Source: Octopus vulgaris
Lineage: Eukaryota
Assembly (NCBI GenBank): GCA_951406725.2
Contig: OX597818.1
Span: 75,764,001 to 75,828,000 of the forward strand
Direction of reading: 5' to 3'
Length of the DNA stretch: 64,000 nucleotides
The translations under genes and the position numbers were made by a program. The number at the start of each line of letters is the position of its first letter. Position 1 is the first letter of the stretch. The notes beneath the pieces are model-generated. The model made no database searches. It was not told the origin of the DNA and saw nothing but the letters and a program-made list of their open reading frames with translations. Positions 50,333 to 63,248 of the stretch are shown piece after piece.

Positions 50333-51858
50333 CTGTCAGAAAAAGAAACATACAAATAGATCCACCATGTATATTTATCATTACTAGTACAGTCTTCAAG
50401 AAGATGATGAGAGTATTGAAAAATCAAAGTAAACCATGTGTGAATGTAGTTACATCCGTAAATATGTCTATCAACACTAGGTTAACTTTTAGTAATGAGG
50501 GTGAGTGTTCCGCATTTATAGGAATATATTAAGAGAGTTAATGAAATAGGAATAATGAAGAAAAGGTTAAAATTATGTTCTTTATTTTTGCCTTTGTTGT
50601 GTTGTGTATGTATACAGTTTTATGTACATAAAATGTACTACACAAATGTATGTCTATCTATAGTAATGTAAGGCACAACAATTTTTGTTATACAAAACTT
50701 ATAATCCTTTACTAAAATTTTTAATGTTTCATTGAATCACTGAAGTCAATGTCAGGTCACCAAAAAAAATTCCCTCCACTCAACAGTGACGACATTTAAG
50801 TTGTTGATGAAAGTGAGATGGATAACAATGTAATCAAGACTGAAGATAATGATCTAGAGATTGACTGCATGCATGGAAGAGGGATGTTAAATGATGATGA
50901 TGATGTATATATATTCATCATACACATACTACGATGCATCCTCTAGAAGCAGAGATGATTTAAATATAAATCAAAAATTTATGTTCTATAGTATTTGATT
51001 TACCTGTATTTTTCTATGTTGTTCAAATACATACCACTGACCATTGTGAGTTATTCATCTCAGCATATATTTGTTTAAATTATGCAAATCATCAAGGCCA
51101 TATATGTGTTCTATTCTTTTTTTTTTATATAATTATAAGCCTCTTGGCTACTGGAGTTAAAGGTTGGACAATTGTCTTACTGATAATGGCAACTGAGCCT
51201 GAAACATATCCACACCTGTTCTCTTATCTCCAAAAAATAAGCCAGTTCTATTCCTTAATGGTATGTCAATCTTGAGATTATCTCCCCCTTCTCAAGTGGA
51301 ACTGGTATATCTCATACTATACAGCAAATTCTTGATTTATTAAAATTATCTGTCTCCAGAGAATGTGTCATAATTACCAAATTGCAATTAAAACCAGTTC
51401 CACTTAATTGCAATTTGGTAATTATGATACATTCTCTGGAGGCAGAGATAACTTAAATAAATCAGGAATTTGCTGTATGGTTTTTGATGTATCTGTATTT
51501 GTCTATATTGCTAATTTTTGTTTATATATATATATATATTAACAATTGTATATAATATAAATAAATATTTTCAAAGTGGAAAAATTTACGGATTTTTTTC
51601 TCTTACGAGGTTTTTCACGCTAACTACTGATAATTTCTTTTAAAGATTTTATCCTCAATTGTTAATTTATATTTTTCACCGGAATAGTTCAATACTGAAT
51701 TTTTATTCCGAGTAAGCAATTTGTTACCGAAATGCATTGCGAATAAGCCCGCCATTTTCATAGATATGTAAAGATAAACATTCGTACATGCTACGACGAA
51801 TTCTACGGTTGGCTATCGAGCTTGTAACGTTATGTTTTTTCTTATATATCTTGAGTTT

Positions 51859-51922
51859 GTTGCACTGATGAACATACAATACATATTCTGCATTAATTGC
51901 GAAATCACAGGTGATATGTAAC
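51859..51922 (+). ncRNA. candidate type I hammerhead ribozyme with intact core
   Basis: Stem I GTTGCA/TGTAAC, CTGATGA 51865-51871, stem II CAAT/ATTG, GAAA 51901-51904, stem III ATCAC-AG-GTGAT, and an AUA site ending at 51916. Confidence 0.6.
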
Positions 51923-52380
51923 TAAATTCTTTTTTTAAATGATTTGCTTTGAAGTTTTGCATTCGGTAAAATTTTGTTTATTTTAGTAGTTTTGACCGCA
52001 TTGGTCCCTCTTTAGCGTGTGGTATCTATGAATAGTAGTACCCTTAATATATATATATATATATATATGTAAGTGTATGTGTGTGTATTATAGTGTTGTC
52101 TGCCTAATTAACAAACAGGTCCTACAGCTACTTCATGGTTGAGTTTTTAACAGTGAGAAATATTGTTAAATTACAAATGTAGGAGCAGCAAGAAATATGT
52201 AAATAAGTATTTATTAACTATCTCTTTCAAAACAAACACATCATTAGTAAAGAGAAAAATATATTCAATCAAATAATTTGATTTTGCTACAAAATAAGTA
52301 TTACCAGTTTGACTGTGTATGTGTGTTTAATTAACATCTAATTAATAAAGAAATTAAAAGTCTGAATGTGTTTTTTTTAC

Positions 52381-52449
52381 CTGAATGACCATCTGATGTT
52401 GAAACTGTTATAGTGGTAATAGCATGTGGAGTTGGTTGTTGGAGAACAG
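52381..52449 (-). CDS. GABPA: GABPA-like exon
   Basis: TACAG/GTAAAA boundaries, 69 nt, phase 1/1; VLQQPTPHAITTITVSTSDGHS. Confidence 0.8.
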
Positions 52450-53316
52450 CTGTAATAGAACACAGAAAACAACTGTTAATGGCAATAGTCTAGAAATTCA
52501 ATTAAATAAACAACAAAATGCCTTTTTTATTTTACATCTGTTTACCATGCTGGCAGGGAATAGGGTGGACAGATCGAGAGACAACATCTTGCTTGAACAT
52601 TTCATTTTCGGTGTTGTTTCTATGGCTGTGTGTCCTTTCTGACAGCAACCACTTTACAAAGTATATTGGTTTCAAATGTTGGTACAAGGCCAGCAGTTTT
52701 GGGGAGGGGACAAGTCAATTACATTAACCCCAGTGCTCAACTGGTACTTATTTAATCAACCCTAAAAGGATGAAAGATAAAGTCAACCTTGCTGGAATTT
52801 GAACTCAGCATGTAGAGATGGACATAATGCAGAGTATATTGGGTGCACTTTATCATGACACCAGCACTAGAGAGGTTGTTGCAACTCCAACAAAATGAAA
52901 AGGTTCTCAAAACCCTACACTTAATAGAGTCAACTTGGTACATTATATTGTGGAACCAGCACTAGAGATGGTAGGGGCGAGAGGGATGACAAGACGAGAA
53001 TAAATGGTGTGAGTGAGTGATGGATGTCAATACTCAATAGTCAGTGAGGGATATAGGTAGAGTGTATGGGAATATGTCTCTTAACCCTTTAGTATTTAAA
53101 CAGGCTATGTTTGGCCCAAATAGTCTACCTGGTTCAAACCAGTCAGTTCTAGTTTTATACATCTATTCTACAATGTCATTCTAAAAAATAAACTTTCACA
53201 TCATGGAAATTTTGAAGGAATAAGATATGATGAATTCCAAACGATGTGAATAAATAAGCATTACATATGACAGAGGGTTAAATAAATAAATAAATATATA
53301 TATATATATATATATA

Positions 53317-55256
53317 CCGTATTTGACGGCATATAGGACGCACTTTTTTCCAAAAAATTTGGCTCAAAAAAAATCGCCCTGCGTCTAATATGCGAAGTCA
53401 AGACCCTCCTGTAGGCTAATCTTCTCCCAGACGCTCACTAACCTAGCTTACGATAAGTATTTCTACCTACGCTAATGCCTTAATGATATTTTCCGTACTC
53501 ATGCATCATTATTTATTTGCTAGTATTATTATTATTATTATCACCAGTATTATTACTTTAAAATACGAATTATCGTAAAAATCAAAGCAATCTACCGTAA
53601 ATTGTTAGGCTGCGATCCATGACACACATTTACTAATATCAGCTGATCGGAACCCTAACTCGATGCCATCTGACGGTGAGGAGTAAAACTACGGAATGTA
53701 CATGATCGTTGCGAGTTCGTGTATATACGGAGGTAGGTTGGATATCTTGGTACAACAAAGTTTATGATCATAACGAAACACACTACAACAGTACAAGCAC
53801 CCTCACGGCTATGGCAGCAAAAAGATCAAGCTACAAAATCTCCTACAAACTACGAGTGGTAGATTATGCCAAGGAGCATGGAAATAGAGCAGCAGCAAGG
53901 GTTTTTGGGCCACCACCTACAGAAAAAAATGATACGTGTCTGGCGACAGCAAGAAGAGCAGCTGATGAGAGCACAGAAAGGTAAACATAACCTTCGTTGC
54001 CCAGCCCCACATTGGCCAGAACTTGAGGATGATATAAAAACGTGGGTGCTTGATGAGAGAAACTCAGGGAGAAGTGTATCTACCAAAATGATAATTCATG
54101 AGGCCATAAGAGTAGCAGAACAACGAGGGATACAGAACTTTGCAGGAACAGAAGGTTGGTGTTACAGGTTTATGAAACGGAAGGGTTTATCAATGCGTAC
54201 AAAAATATCCATTGCTCAAAAAATGCCTGCTGATTATGAAGAAAAAATATTAGATTTTCATAGATTTGTTATAAATGCAAGAAAGAAAACTTGTTTTGAA
54301 CTGGGCCAAATAGGGAATATGGACGAAGTTCCACTCACATTTGATGTACCATCCAACAGGACTGTGAGTGTCAAAGGGTCTAAAACGGTTTCGATAAAAA
54401 CCACTGGCCACGAAAAGACCCACTATACAGTAGCTCTGGCCTGTTGTGCTGATGGCATAAAACTGCCACCTCTTTTGATATTTAAGAGAAAAACTCAGCC
54501 TAAGGATAAAATTCCAAGAGATGTACTAGTTCATGTTCACGAAAAAGGCTGGATGGACGAAAATGGAATGAAACTGTGGTTACAAAATATATGGTCAAGG
54601 CGTCCTGGTGGACTATTAAGAAAATTTCTCTTCTGGTTTGGGATCAGTTTAGAGCACATAGAACTGAAGCCATTAAAAAAAGGGTGGGAGAATTGAAAAC
54701 GCAGTTAGCTGTCATTCCTGGTGGACTGACGAGCCAATTGCAGCCTTTAGATGTGTCTGTGAATAAGCCATTTAAGCAGAACATGCATGAACATTGGAAC
54801 AAGTGGATGGCAGAGCCACATCATGCCCTCACACCCACAGGAAGAATGAAGTGGCCCACCATTGCTGAAGTGTGTGAGTGGGTGAAGAAATCTTGGGATG
54901 ATGTTAGGCCTGAAATCATTGTGAAGGCTTTTAAGAAGTGTGGCATTAGCAATGTCCTTGATGGCACAGAAGATGATGCATTATTTGAAGACAGTGATTT
55001 CAGCAGTAGTGATGAAGACTTTTCTGGTGTAGAAGATGATGAAGAGTTTTCTGGTTAAAAAGATGATTAAAGATGATTACTATTGTAATTTGTATGCTTT
55101 CCTTTTGTATGCTTGCTTTTATACAGCAATGTTTTCTGCTTTTGTAATGTGTTGCTAGACTGCTTTCAACAATATATGCTTAAATACACTTAAAACTTTT
55201 TTTCCTGAATTTGACCTGCTGAAATGAGGGTGCGTCTAATATGCCGTCAAATACGG
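53317..55256 (+). mobile_element. pogo-superfamily (POGK/Passer-like, DD35D) DNA transposon, near intact
   Basis: TA TSD and 27-bp TIR CCGTATTTGACGGCATAT..GACGCAC. Transposase 53811-55058 has a Brinker-like DBD, a CENP-B HTH and MDEVP/WDQF/QPLDV, broken by two 1-nt indels in A-tracts. Confidence 0.92.
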
Positions 55257-55678
55257 TACATATGTGTGTGTGTAAAGCAGGTGAGAAAGGTTGGTTAACA
55301 AGGATAAGAGAGGGAGAGATAGTGTACTTAGAGAAGATCAGATATATCTGGTGACATACCTTATTGCACTAGAAGCAATATACAGTGAACTAAAGAATCT
55401 GTTATTATTCTTAGTCACATCACTAGCATAGTACAGTGAGGAGAAGAAAAGTGATCAAGAGATGAACAATAGGTATGAGTGTTAGAGTTATGAGTGATAA
55501 AGGTGTGATAAAGACATGGGTGACAGTGACATAGGGTGATAGACAGGTGAGTGATACAACAGAGAGGTGAGATAAGAAGGACTAGTGTTAGAAAGATGAC
55601 AAGTAATCAAGGGGACCAAAGATATATCTACACACACATACACACTCTCATGCATATATGCACATGTTCACATATATA

Positions 55679-56554
55679 TGAAGTCTGATCAATAATTATC
55701 TGAACTGTTGCCATAGTAACAAAGCTAAAGCATGCCGAGTGAAGCTGTTTGGTACCGACTGACCTTGAACTGCTGTGCCTGTGCACTAAGTTTTAACGTT
55801 TTAGCTCACTTCCACTGTTTACAGAATAGCTTAGGAGGAAGGTGTATAGCGTTTGATCATTGCATTGACTATGACAGAGAAAGTTGTCATGGCAATACCT
55901 GCTCAGAGGCCTATGCAAAGTTGCAGAAAGTGTATGAGCTGCACACAAGTGTACGAGTGGTTCAGACGTTTCCAAGATGGCCGAAAAAATGTTGATATTG
56001 ACGAATGTTCTGGGAGACCTGCAACCAGGAGAATTGAGAAAAACATCACAGATGTGCATGCAGCTGTGAGGGGAAATTGTCGAATCACCACCTGTGAGTT
56101 ATCAGAGGATGTGTAGATTAGTTACAGTTCAGCTCAGTCCATTATCACTGAAGATTTGGGTATGAGACAAATGTCTGCCAAGTTTATGCCAAAACTACTT
56201 TCAGCTGACCAAAAAGAAATGAGTTTCAGTTACACAAGATCTCCATGATTGTGTTGAGAACGAGGAAAAATTTTTGAAAACTTTGTGTAGGTCTCTGAGC
56301 AGGTATCACCAAGCTTTTGGCAAAATTTGATGCAGATTCTCTGCTCAACTTTCTCTGTCATGGTCAATGCAATGATCACACACTACAACCTTCATTCCAA
56401 GCACTGCTGTAAACAGCGGAAGTGAGCTAGAACATTAAAATTTAATGCGCATGCACAGCAGAGTTTAAGGTCAGTCTGTGCCAAGTGGCTTCACTCTGTA
56501 TGCTTTAGCTTCGTTACTGTGGCAACAGTCCAGATACTTATTGATCAGACCATG
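55679..56554 (+). mobile_element. non-autonomous mariner derivative with ~205-bp inverted ends
   Basis: 55679-55886 pairs with 56346-56554. Internal transposase N-terminus TQVYEWFRRFQDGRKNVDIDECSGRP. Confidence 0.8.
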
Positions 56555-56661
56555 TATACGAAATGATAAAAAAAATATAGTTGTGGTTCACAATAAACAA
56601 AGAATACCCAGTTACCATTTAGTATTAAAATTGGTGTGTAAAAAATGAAAAATGTACTTAC

Positions 56662-56874
56662 CAACAAATTTACATTTCCTTAGAAGCTCCAAATGTGTCC
56701 AAAATATATCGTTTCTATCAAATGGTATGTATTTGATAAATTCTTCGTGCTGTAAATCACACAACTGTTTGCCATTTAGTCGAAACTGGTTGATGTCTAC
56801 TCCTTCTAAATGAAATTCTCTGCACGCCCACTGTATCCAATGACGGACATGAACTTCTGACCACTGAGCAGGAT
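56662..56874 (-). CDS. GABPA: GABPA-like exon, PNT/SAM domain
   Basis: PAQWSEVHVRHWIQWACREF..NGKQLCDL..DIFWTHLELLRK; TGTAG/GTAAGT boundaries. Confidence 0.93.
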
Positions 56875-57343
56875 CTACAAATAACAGAAGGGTACATATA
56901 GTACAACTAGATACAATACAATACTAACAATAGGAAGTAACAGAATGGAATCCCAGTGATACTAAATGCATATTAATTCATAAGCCATACACACACACTG
57001 GATTGGTAACGTTTGGTAATGTAGCAATTAATGATTAAACAACTCCCAATAATTCTTCACCTTAGAATTATACACAAATAAGTTAGAACAATGATTGCTT
57101 TTGATCTGATTTATGTTGTACAAGATTAATTTCTTGCAAAAGGATATAGTTAACTGATCTAATATTAACATGTTAGTGATAGCTATTTTATTGATTCGAC
57201 ACTTTAGGCACATGAGTGGCTGGGTGGTTAAGAAGTTTGTTTCCTAACCATGTGCTCCTTGGACAAGAATTTTCTACTATAGCCCTAGCCCAACCAAAGC
57301 TTCATAAGCAGATTTGGTATACAAGAACTGAAAGCATCTTGTC

Positions 57344-57378
<35 letters not shown>

Positions 57379-58074
57379 TCTTTTGTTTCAGTTTTTGGAC
57401 TGCAGCCCAAAATATACCACCTCCTTTGATATTGTCCTTCTCAGGCACATTCGACAGTAATCATCAACACATATTTAATAACAACTTTATACACTGACAA
57501 TACATTGTAGCAGTAGCCACAACTCAGCTGTTCCACAATAACAACTCAGCCCCAAACCCTGTAGTTTGTGATTACAGTATGTTGTTCCATTTAATAGAAA
57601 CTGGATACAGTTCTGAAACAAAAGGAAGCATGTTCAATATCAACATTCAAAAGATAACATTGCAATTAACTGCATGCATTGAGCCAATATAGTGACTGGT
57701 GCAGCACAGGTGCCCACAGTGATCTTGGTTCTTTAATATTGCAATGAACTATGTCATCCATTTTTCTCTGGATGATTATAATCTTTACAACTTTCTCTTT
57801 AAATCTTTTGAGACTGCTCCTTATTCTAGGATGCAGATTTCCTGTTTTAAAGTTAAAATCTTCCATCAAAATATCATGTTAATTTATGTTTTAAATATTA
57901 GCTTAATAACGAAAAAACTATTTTACTAAATTCTTCATTATTTTCAAACTTAATTGAAAGACAGGCAGTAATTTCCAACACAACTATGGTAACAAAAGAA
58001 CTAAACTTCCTCATTGAACTTGGCTCTCCTTTTGCTAAGCAAGATCATATCACCAGAAAGTAACAAAGACTTAC

Positions 58075-58284
58075 CACGGGGTATTTTAAGTCTTTCTTGT
58101 TCTTTCCTGAAATTTTGATCAACAATCCATCTTGTAACATTTTCAGATTCTTCTGGCAATGGAATAACCACTTTTGTGGCCTGTGGCTGCTGAACTGTCT
58201 GAGTCGGTTCTGGCAAACTGGGAGGTGGAAGTACTTCTTCAGCAGGTTTTAAGATATCCAAAATATTGATTTTGGGTTTTGTAC
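58075..58284 (-). CDS. GABPA: GABPA-like exon
   Basis: KPKINILDILKPAEEV..SENVTRW..FRKEQERLKIP; CAG/GTAAGT boundaries. Confidence 0.92.
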
Positions 58285-58604
58285 CTGAAAACAGAATTTA
58301 AAAGATAAACCATTTTTGCCATCATTAACAATTTTTGGATGTTGTCATTTATTTGAAAGTAAATATTAAAATATCTCCAATATTATGACCAATAACTTAC
58401 AAAGCTGGCTAAAATGTCCTTTCTATCCCCAACCAAAAACCAAAGCCTGTCATTTAGAAAACATGGCCTCCAAACAGTGATAGCCAGAAAAATATAACTG
58501 GAAGCAATGATATTCCCAAAGCATTAATGTGGAGAGATGGAGATATATTGCGATTAATTACTAAAACAGTTGTTAAAAAAAAAAGGGATTTTTTTTTTAT
58601 TTAC

Positions 58605-58689
58605 CTGGTTGTGATTTCACCTCAAGGTTAATTTGAACCATTCCTTCTCCTTGAACACATTGCTCCACTAAACTTTTGCTGCTGTCCAA
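58605..58689 (-). CDS. GABPA: GABPA-like exon (OST domain)
   Basis: LDSSKSLVEQCVQGEGMVQINLEVK; CAG/GTAAAT boundaries. Confidence 0.9.
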
Positions 58690-59135
58690 CTGTAATCAAG
58701 TTTATTAAAGAAAATATTGTTATTAATGATAAAAACAATGACTTCATATTACTATAAGTCTTTTATTGATGTAGTGGTGATACAGACTCTCCTATACACT
58801 CTTACAACAGCTATCCACCTCACTCCCTAACATTTCACCCCCACTATTTTTCTCTCTCTCTCCCCAGCTCCTTCCTGATCACTCCTACTCTCTCTTCTGA
58901 AAATGTGAGTAGTTATGTAGCTTCTCTGCAACAAGAAACATGTTTTCTTCTAGCCCTTTCCATCATACTTTAACTCTCCTCCTAGCTTAAAGCTGCCTCT
59001 TTCTCTATTGTATTCCCACTCAGCTGAAGGCATCTTAGTCTTGCAACTATGTAACTAGGGAGCAAACTTCTTAACCACACACAAAACAAGTTAAAAATAA
59101 GTCATTACATATTTTGCCTTTACTGGAGCATATTT

Positions 59136-59257
59136 GGCTTACAGCTGTTTCCAGTAGTTGTTATAGGTACATTAGTGATAGGTTTACTCAATTAGTCTAT
59201 TGATCAATTGAGAAAAATTGGAAACCTAAGAAAATAATGCTACTTTCATCAGAGGTT
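59136..59257 (-). ncRNA. candidate hammerhead-like motif with ~80-nt stem II insertion inside an inverted repeat
   Basis: Minus strand reads CTGATGA (59252-59246), stem II AGTAG...CTACT, then GAAAC-AGCT-GTA. Stem I is weak. Confidence 0.4.
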
Positions 59258-59471
59258 ATTCAATTTTTCTCAATTGATCAATAAACCAATTGAGTAAACC
59301 TATCAGTAATGTACCTATAATGACTACAGGAAACTCATCAGTGGTAGAAATGACCAGAGGTATGTTGCTTTCAGCCATTTGAGTCTGATGAATTGCTTCT
59401 ATGTCTAAGCACTTTAAGTGCAAAACCAACGGTCACTCTCTGACCACCCATAGTAATCAACTTCCTAACAG

Positions 59472-59678
<207 letters not shown>

Positions 59679-59715
59679 TTGAGATAAAATTCACACATGA
59701 AAAATGCTTAAATAC

Positions 59716-59887
59716 CAAAATTGTGTCTTGGAGGTAAAAACTATGTTCTGCAAGAGAACACTGCAGGCGGATTTCAAGAAGTCGTTTAAGTGTAGAAAGA
59801 GGTTCAGCAATGTCCATATGTTGAATTACTAAATTCTGGTATTGGGGAGGTGGATGTTCATGGATGATTTCTTCTTCAAGAACAACT
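59716..59887 (-). CDS. GABPA: GABPA-like exon (OST domain)
   Basis: IQHMDIAEPLSTLKRLLEIRLQCSLAEHSFYLQD (vertebrate QAIDINEPIGNLKKLLEPRLQCSL, recalled); CAG/GTATTT boundaries. Confidence 0.93.
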
Positions 59888-61618
59888 CTGTAAGATAAAA
59901 TTAAAAAAATGAAAATAAACAATTAATATTACTAATGAGGGAAGGAAAAAAAACTAACTAATTAAACACAAAGATGAAGTTTTCAGCTGTTACTAATTAA
60001 TTCCACCTAATTAAAATGGCCAATATAAAGACCTGTTTTGATAATTTTCTAGATCTGTAACAGACAATTATTAAGAGTGGAATTTATTATTTATGTATTT
60101 TGTTGCAAGAAGTTTTATTACCTATCCCACCACAACCTCCACCGATATTAGTATAGATAAATAGTATTGCTATAGTAAGATTTTAAAAAGAAAAGAAAAA
60201 GATTACTGTAAAGGTAGGAAACTGGACAAGAGAAGTAGAGACATCTCTTTAAGCAAATGAATCAATAGACAAGTTTGTAGGAATCTTTATTCCAAAAGAA
60301 AGCAGGAACCAAGACACCTTTGACATTACAAAAACATGATTGCAAATGTAAACACAATAATCTAAAAATGATGCAGCTAAAGCATCTCAATCTATCAGAT
60401 GACAACAGCAATAACGAGCTTATTGTATACAGTCCTCAGGTACATTACAACTTGTTGGAAAAGGGTAAAAGAGAGGACAGAAAGCTGATTATGTAAGTCA
60501 AGTAAAGAATGACAGCAATGAAAGCTAGAAGTACATGCACAATACACAAAATAAAACACAAAAAGTTAGAGAAGAGTGAAAGCATCATAAAAAGGAAAGG
60601 GTACACAGGTACACCAGAAGTAGCGTTTGTGAATTTCAGGAAGCATGGAATTTTTGAAGGATGCAGTGCCCTGATAGCTAACAATGGACATGACTAATTT
60701 ATTACATGCTTTGACGATTCTAAGTGTGAAAAATGTTTCTGAAAGACAGGGAAAAACTATTGTATTTCTGCTCAATACTGATATGAAATAATATATTGCA
60801 ATACAAGAGGAAGTCATGAAAGTATTGCAAATAAAAATTGCATTAATTTCTGACTAAGCCTTGTATATTAAAAACAGTAAGTCATCTCAACAACAGCTGT
60901 TTTATTTTTATAGGCACAGGTGTAGCTATGTGGTAAGAAGTTTACTTCCCAACCAAATGGTCTTAGGTTCAGTCCCACTGTATGGCACCTTGAGGGAGTG
61001 TCTTTTCCTATAGTCCTAGGCCAACCAAAGCCTTATGAGCAGATTTGATAGATGGAAACAGAAAGAGGTCTGTCATGTGTGTCCGTCCACCACCACTGCG
61101 AGACAACTATGTAGGTTGTTTATGACCCAGTAACTTAGTAGTTCAGCAAAAAAAAGAGACCATTAGAATAAGTACCAAACTTTAAAAAATAAGTATTGGG
61201 GTTGATTTGTTCAACTTAACACTTCAAGGTGGTATCCCAGTAGGGCCACAATCTAATAACAGAAAATAAAAAGATAAAATAACCTAAGTGTTTGGAGAAC
61301 TCTGTTGTTATGAGCAAGCCACTGGTATCACCTTACTTGTTCTGATTATTTGATTAACTCCTCAATTGCATCACTCAAATGTTTTACAAATATTTATCTC
61401 ATTTTTACATACTGAAATGCTTTAAGCAAACTACAAAACTTTTGCAGCAGAAAGGTTTTGTAAAGTTTAAGAAAACATAAGTTACAGCCTATAAATATTG
61501 AGACATTATACTACATTAGTGATTTGAACATTGAATGTGATGGAGAGAAGTACTTGGTTTAAGTTCAATTAAAATGTCATAATTCTATGAATGAAAATAG
61601 ACAGAAAGACAACATTAC

Positions 61619-61731
61619 TCATCACTGATAGCAGCAATTGCAGCAACTTCATCAGGGTTGAGCGGAGATTTTGATTTCTCCTCGTCTTCTATTTGATTTG
61701 CTTCCATAATTGCAGAAATAGCACGTTTCAT
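61619..61731 (-). CDS. GABPA: GABPA-like first coding exon (ATG 2 nt after an acceptor)
   Basis: TTTGCAG|GT ATG AAA CGT; MKRAISAIMEANQIEDEEKSK; the GTAATG donor (phase 2) matches the next exon. Confidence 0.75.
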
Positions 61732-63002
61732 ACCTGCAAATATTGAAATAACAAATAATTATTTACAAAAAAGTTGACCATCAGATAATGACATAATAAA
61801 ATTTTCATTGAAAATATTTCCTTTAATGAGAGCAAAATCAATTTATAACAAAGTGTTTATTTGGGGAGGGTCATAAAAAACATACAAGTCGTTTGTTTAT
61901 ATTTTACTTCCTTATGCTTTGGAAAAAGAACTAAGTGAAATATAAACAACTGGTGAGTGTGTTTACAAGCTTTATTAATTATGATTCTTCCCAAATATAG
62001 CAATATTAGTTTCAACACACAATTTCAGATCAAAACTCTTGCTAAACAAATTAAAAATTAATTTATGGAGAAATTTCCATTCAGTTCAAAGCAGACAGTT
62101 GTCTTTGTATTCCTTATTCAATCAACTATGGAACATTAATTCCTTCACCATTTTCACTTTTTGGTATGCTAGTTTACACTGTACAGAATTCAAAGAGAAG
62201 AACTTATGCTAAATCAGTCCTGTATCTAAACTATCAGAAAGTTTTAAAATAACATTGGAGTAAACATTTTCTATGCAAATGATACTAAAAAGTGCTTGAG
62301 GAAAAGTAATGGATACTAGAGAATACTAAACCATTTACAAATAGAAATACTGGATATTGGAGAAGATTAAACTATTTAATAATCCTGAGGTTAAATCTTA
62401 GCAAAAGTAACACTATTTGAATTTTAAATCAATTTGAATTAAATTAAATAAGTAGCAATATGTTAACAGGAAAAGTCAACAGTCGAACCTTTTAATCCTT
62501 TGAACTCAAAAGTATGCTTTAGCAGGTACAATTTGAAGATAGAAAAACAGGCAGCCATATGATTTTGTATTTACAGCTGAAAATAATGATGTTTATGACA
62601 ATTAGCACACAAAATTAAGAGGCTGCCAACTTTTGCATCTTCTAGGAGCACAGTGAAACAAAATTGCACCCACTGAAGCATACTTGTGGGTTCAATGTGT
62701 TTAAAATGTTTTGAATTATGGGGATGACTCAAATATTAACATAGCTACCTACATGGCAACACTTGTGTATAACATTTAATGAGTTTAATCTGCCTTTTAC
62801 TTGTTTTGGTTATTAGAGAAGTCATGCTGGGACACCACCTTGAGTGATTTAGACAAACAAATTGACTGCAGCATGATTTTTTCTAGGCCTATTGATCTCT
62901 TTTTACTGAACTGCTATGTTTACAGGGACATTAACAAACAACTGTCAAGAAGTGGTCAGGAACAAACAACACACACACATACATACATAAGGGAAAAAAG
63001 TA

Positions 63003-63248
63003 AGAAAATAAAAAGCTTCTGACAATGCAGAAAGTTTTACAAAACCTTTATATTTCAGGTGCAAAGGCCCATCATCAGAAGAAAAACAGCCAGGGAAATG
63101 TCCAGTTATGCAGGTTCTGTTAAACCATTCTGTTAACCTGCATGACTGGACATTTACTCAACTGCTTTTCTTCTGAAGATAGGTTTTTGCATCTGAAATA
63201 TGAAGGTTTCGTAAAACTTTCTGCATTGTCAGAAGTTTTCTATTTTCT
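63003..63248. repeat. foldback inverted repeat (~114-bp arms) carrying a hammerhead-like motif in each arm
   Basis: 63003-63116 pairs with 63135-63248. TTCTT-CTGA(T/A)GA-T-stem-GAAATAT(A/G)-AAGG occurs in both arms. Confidence 0.7.
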
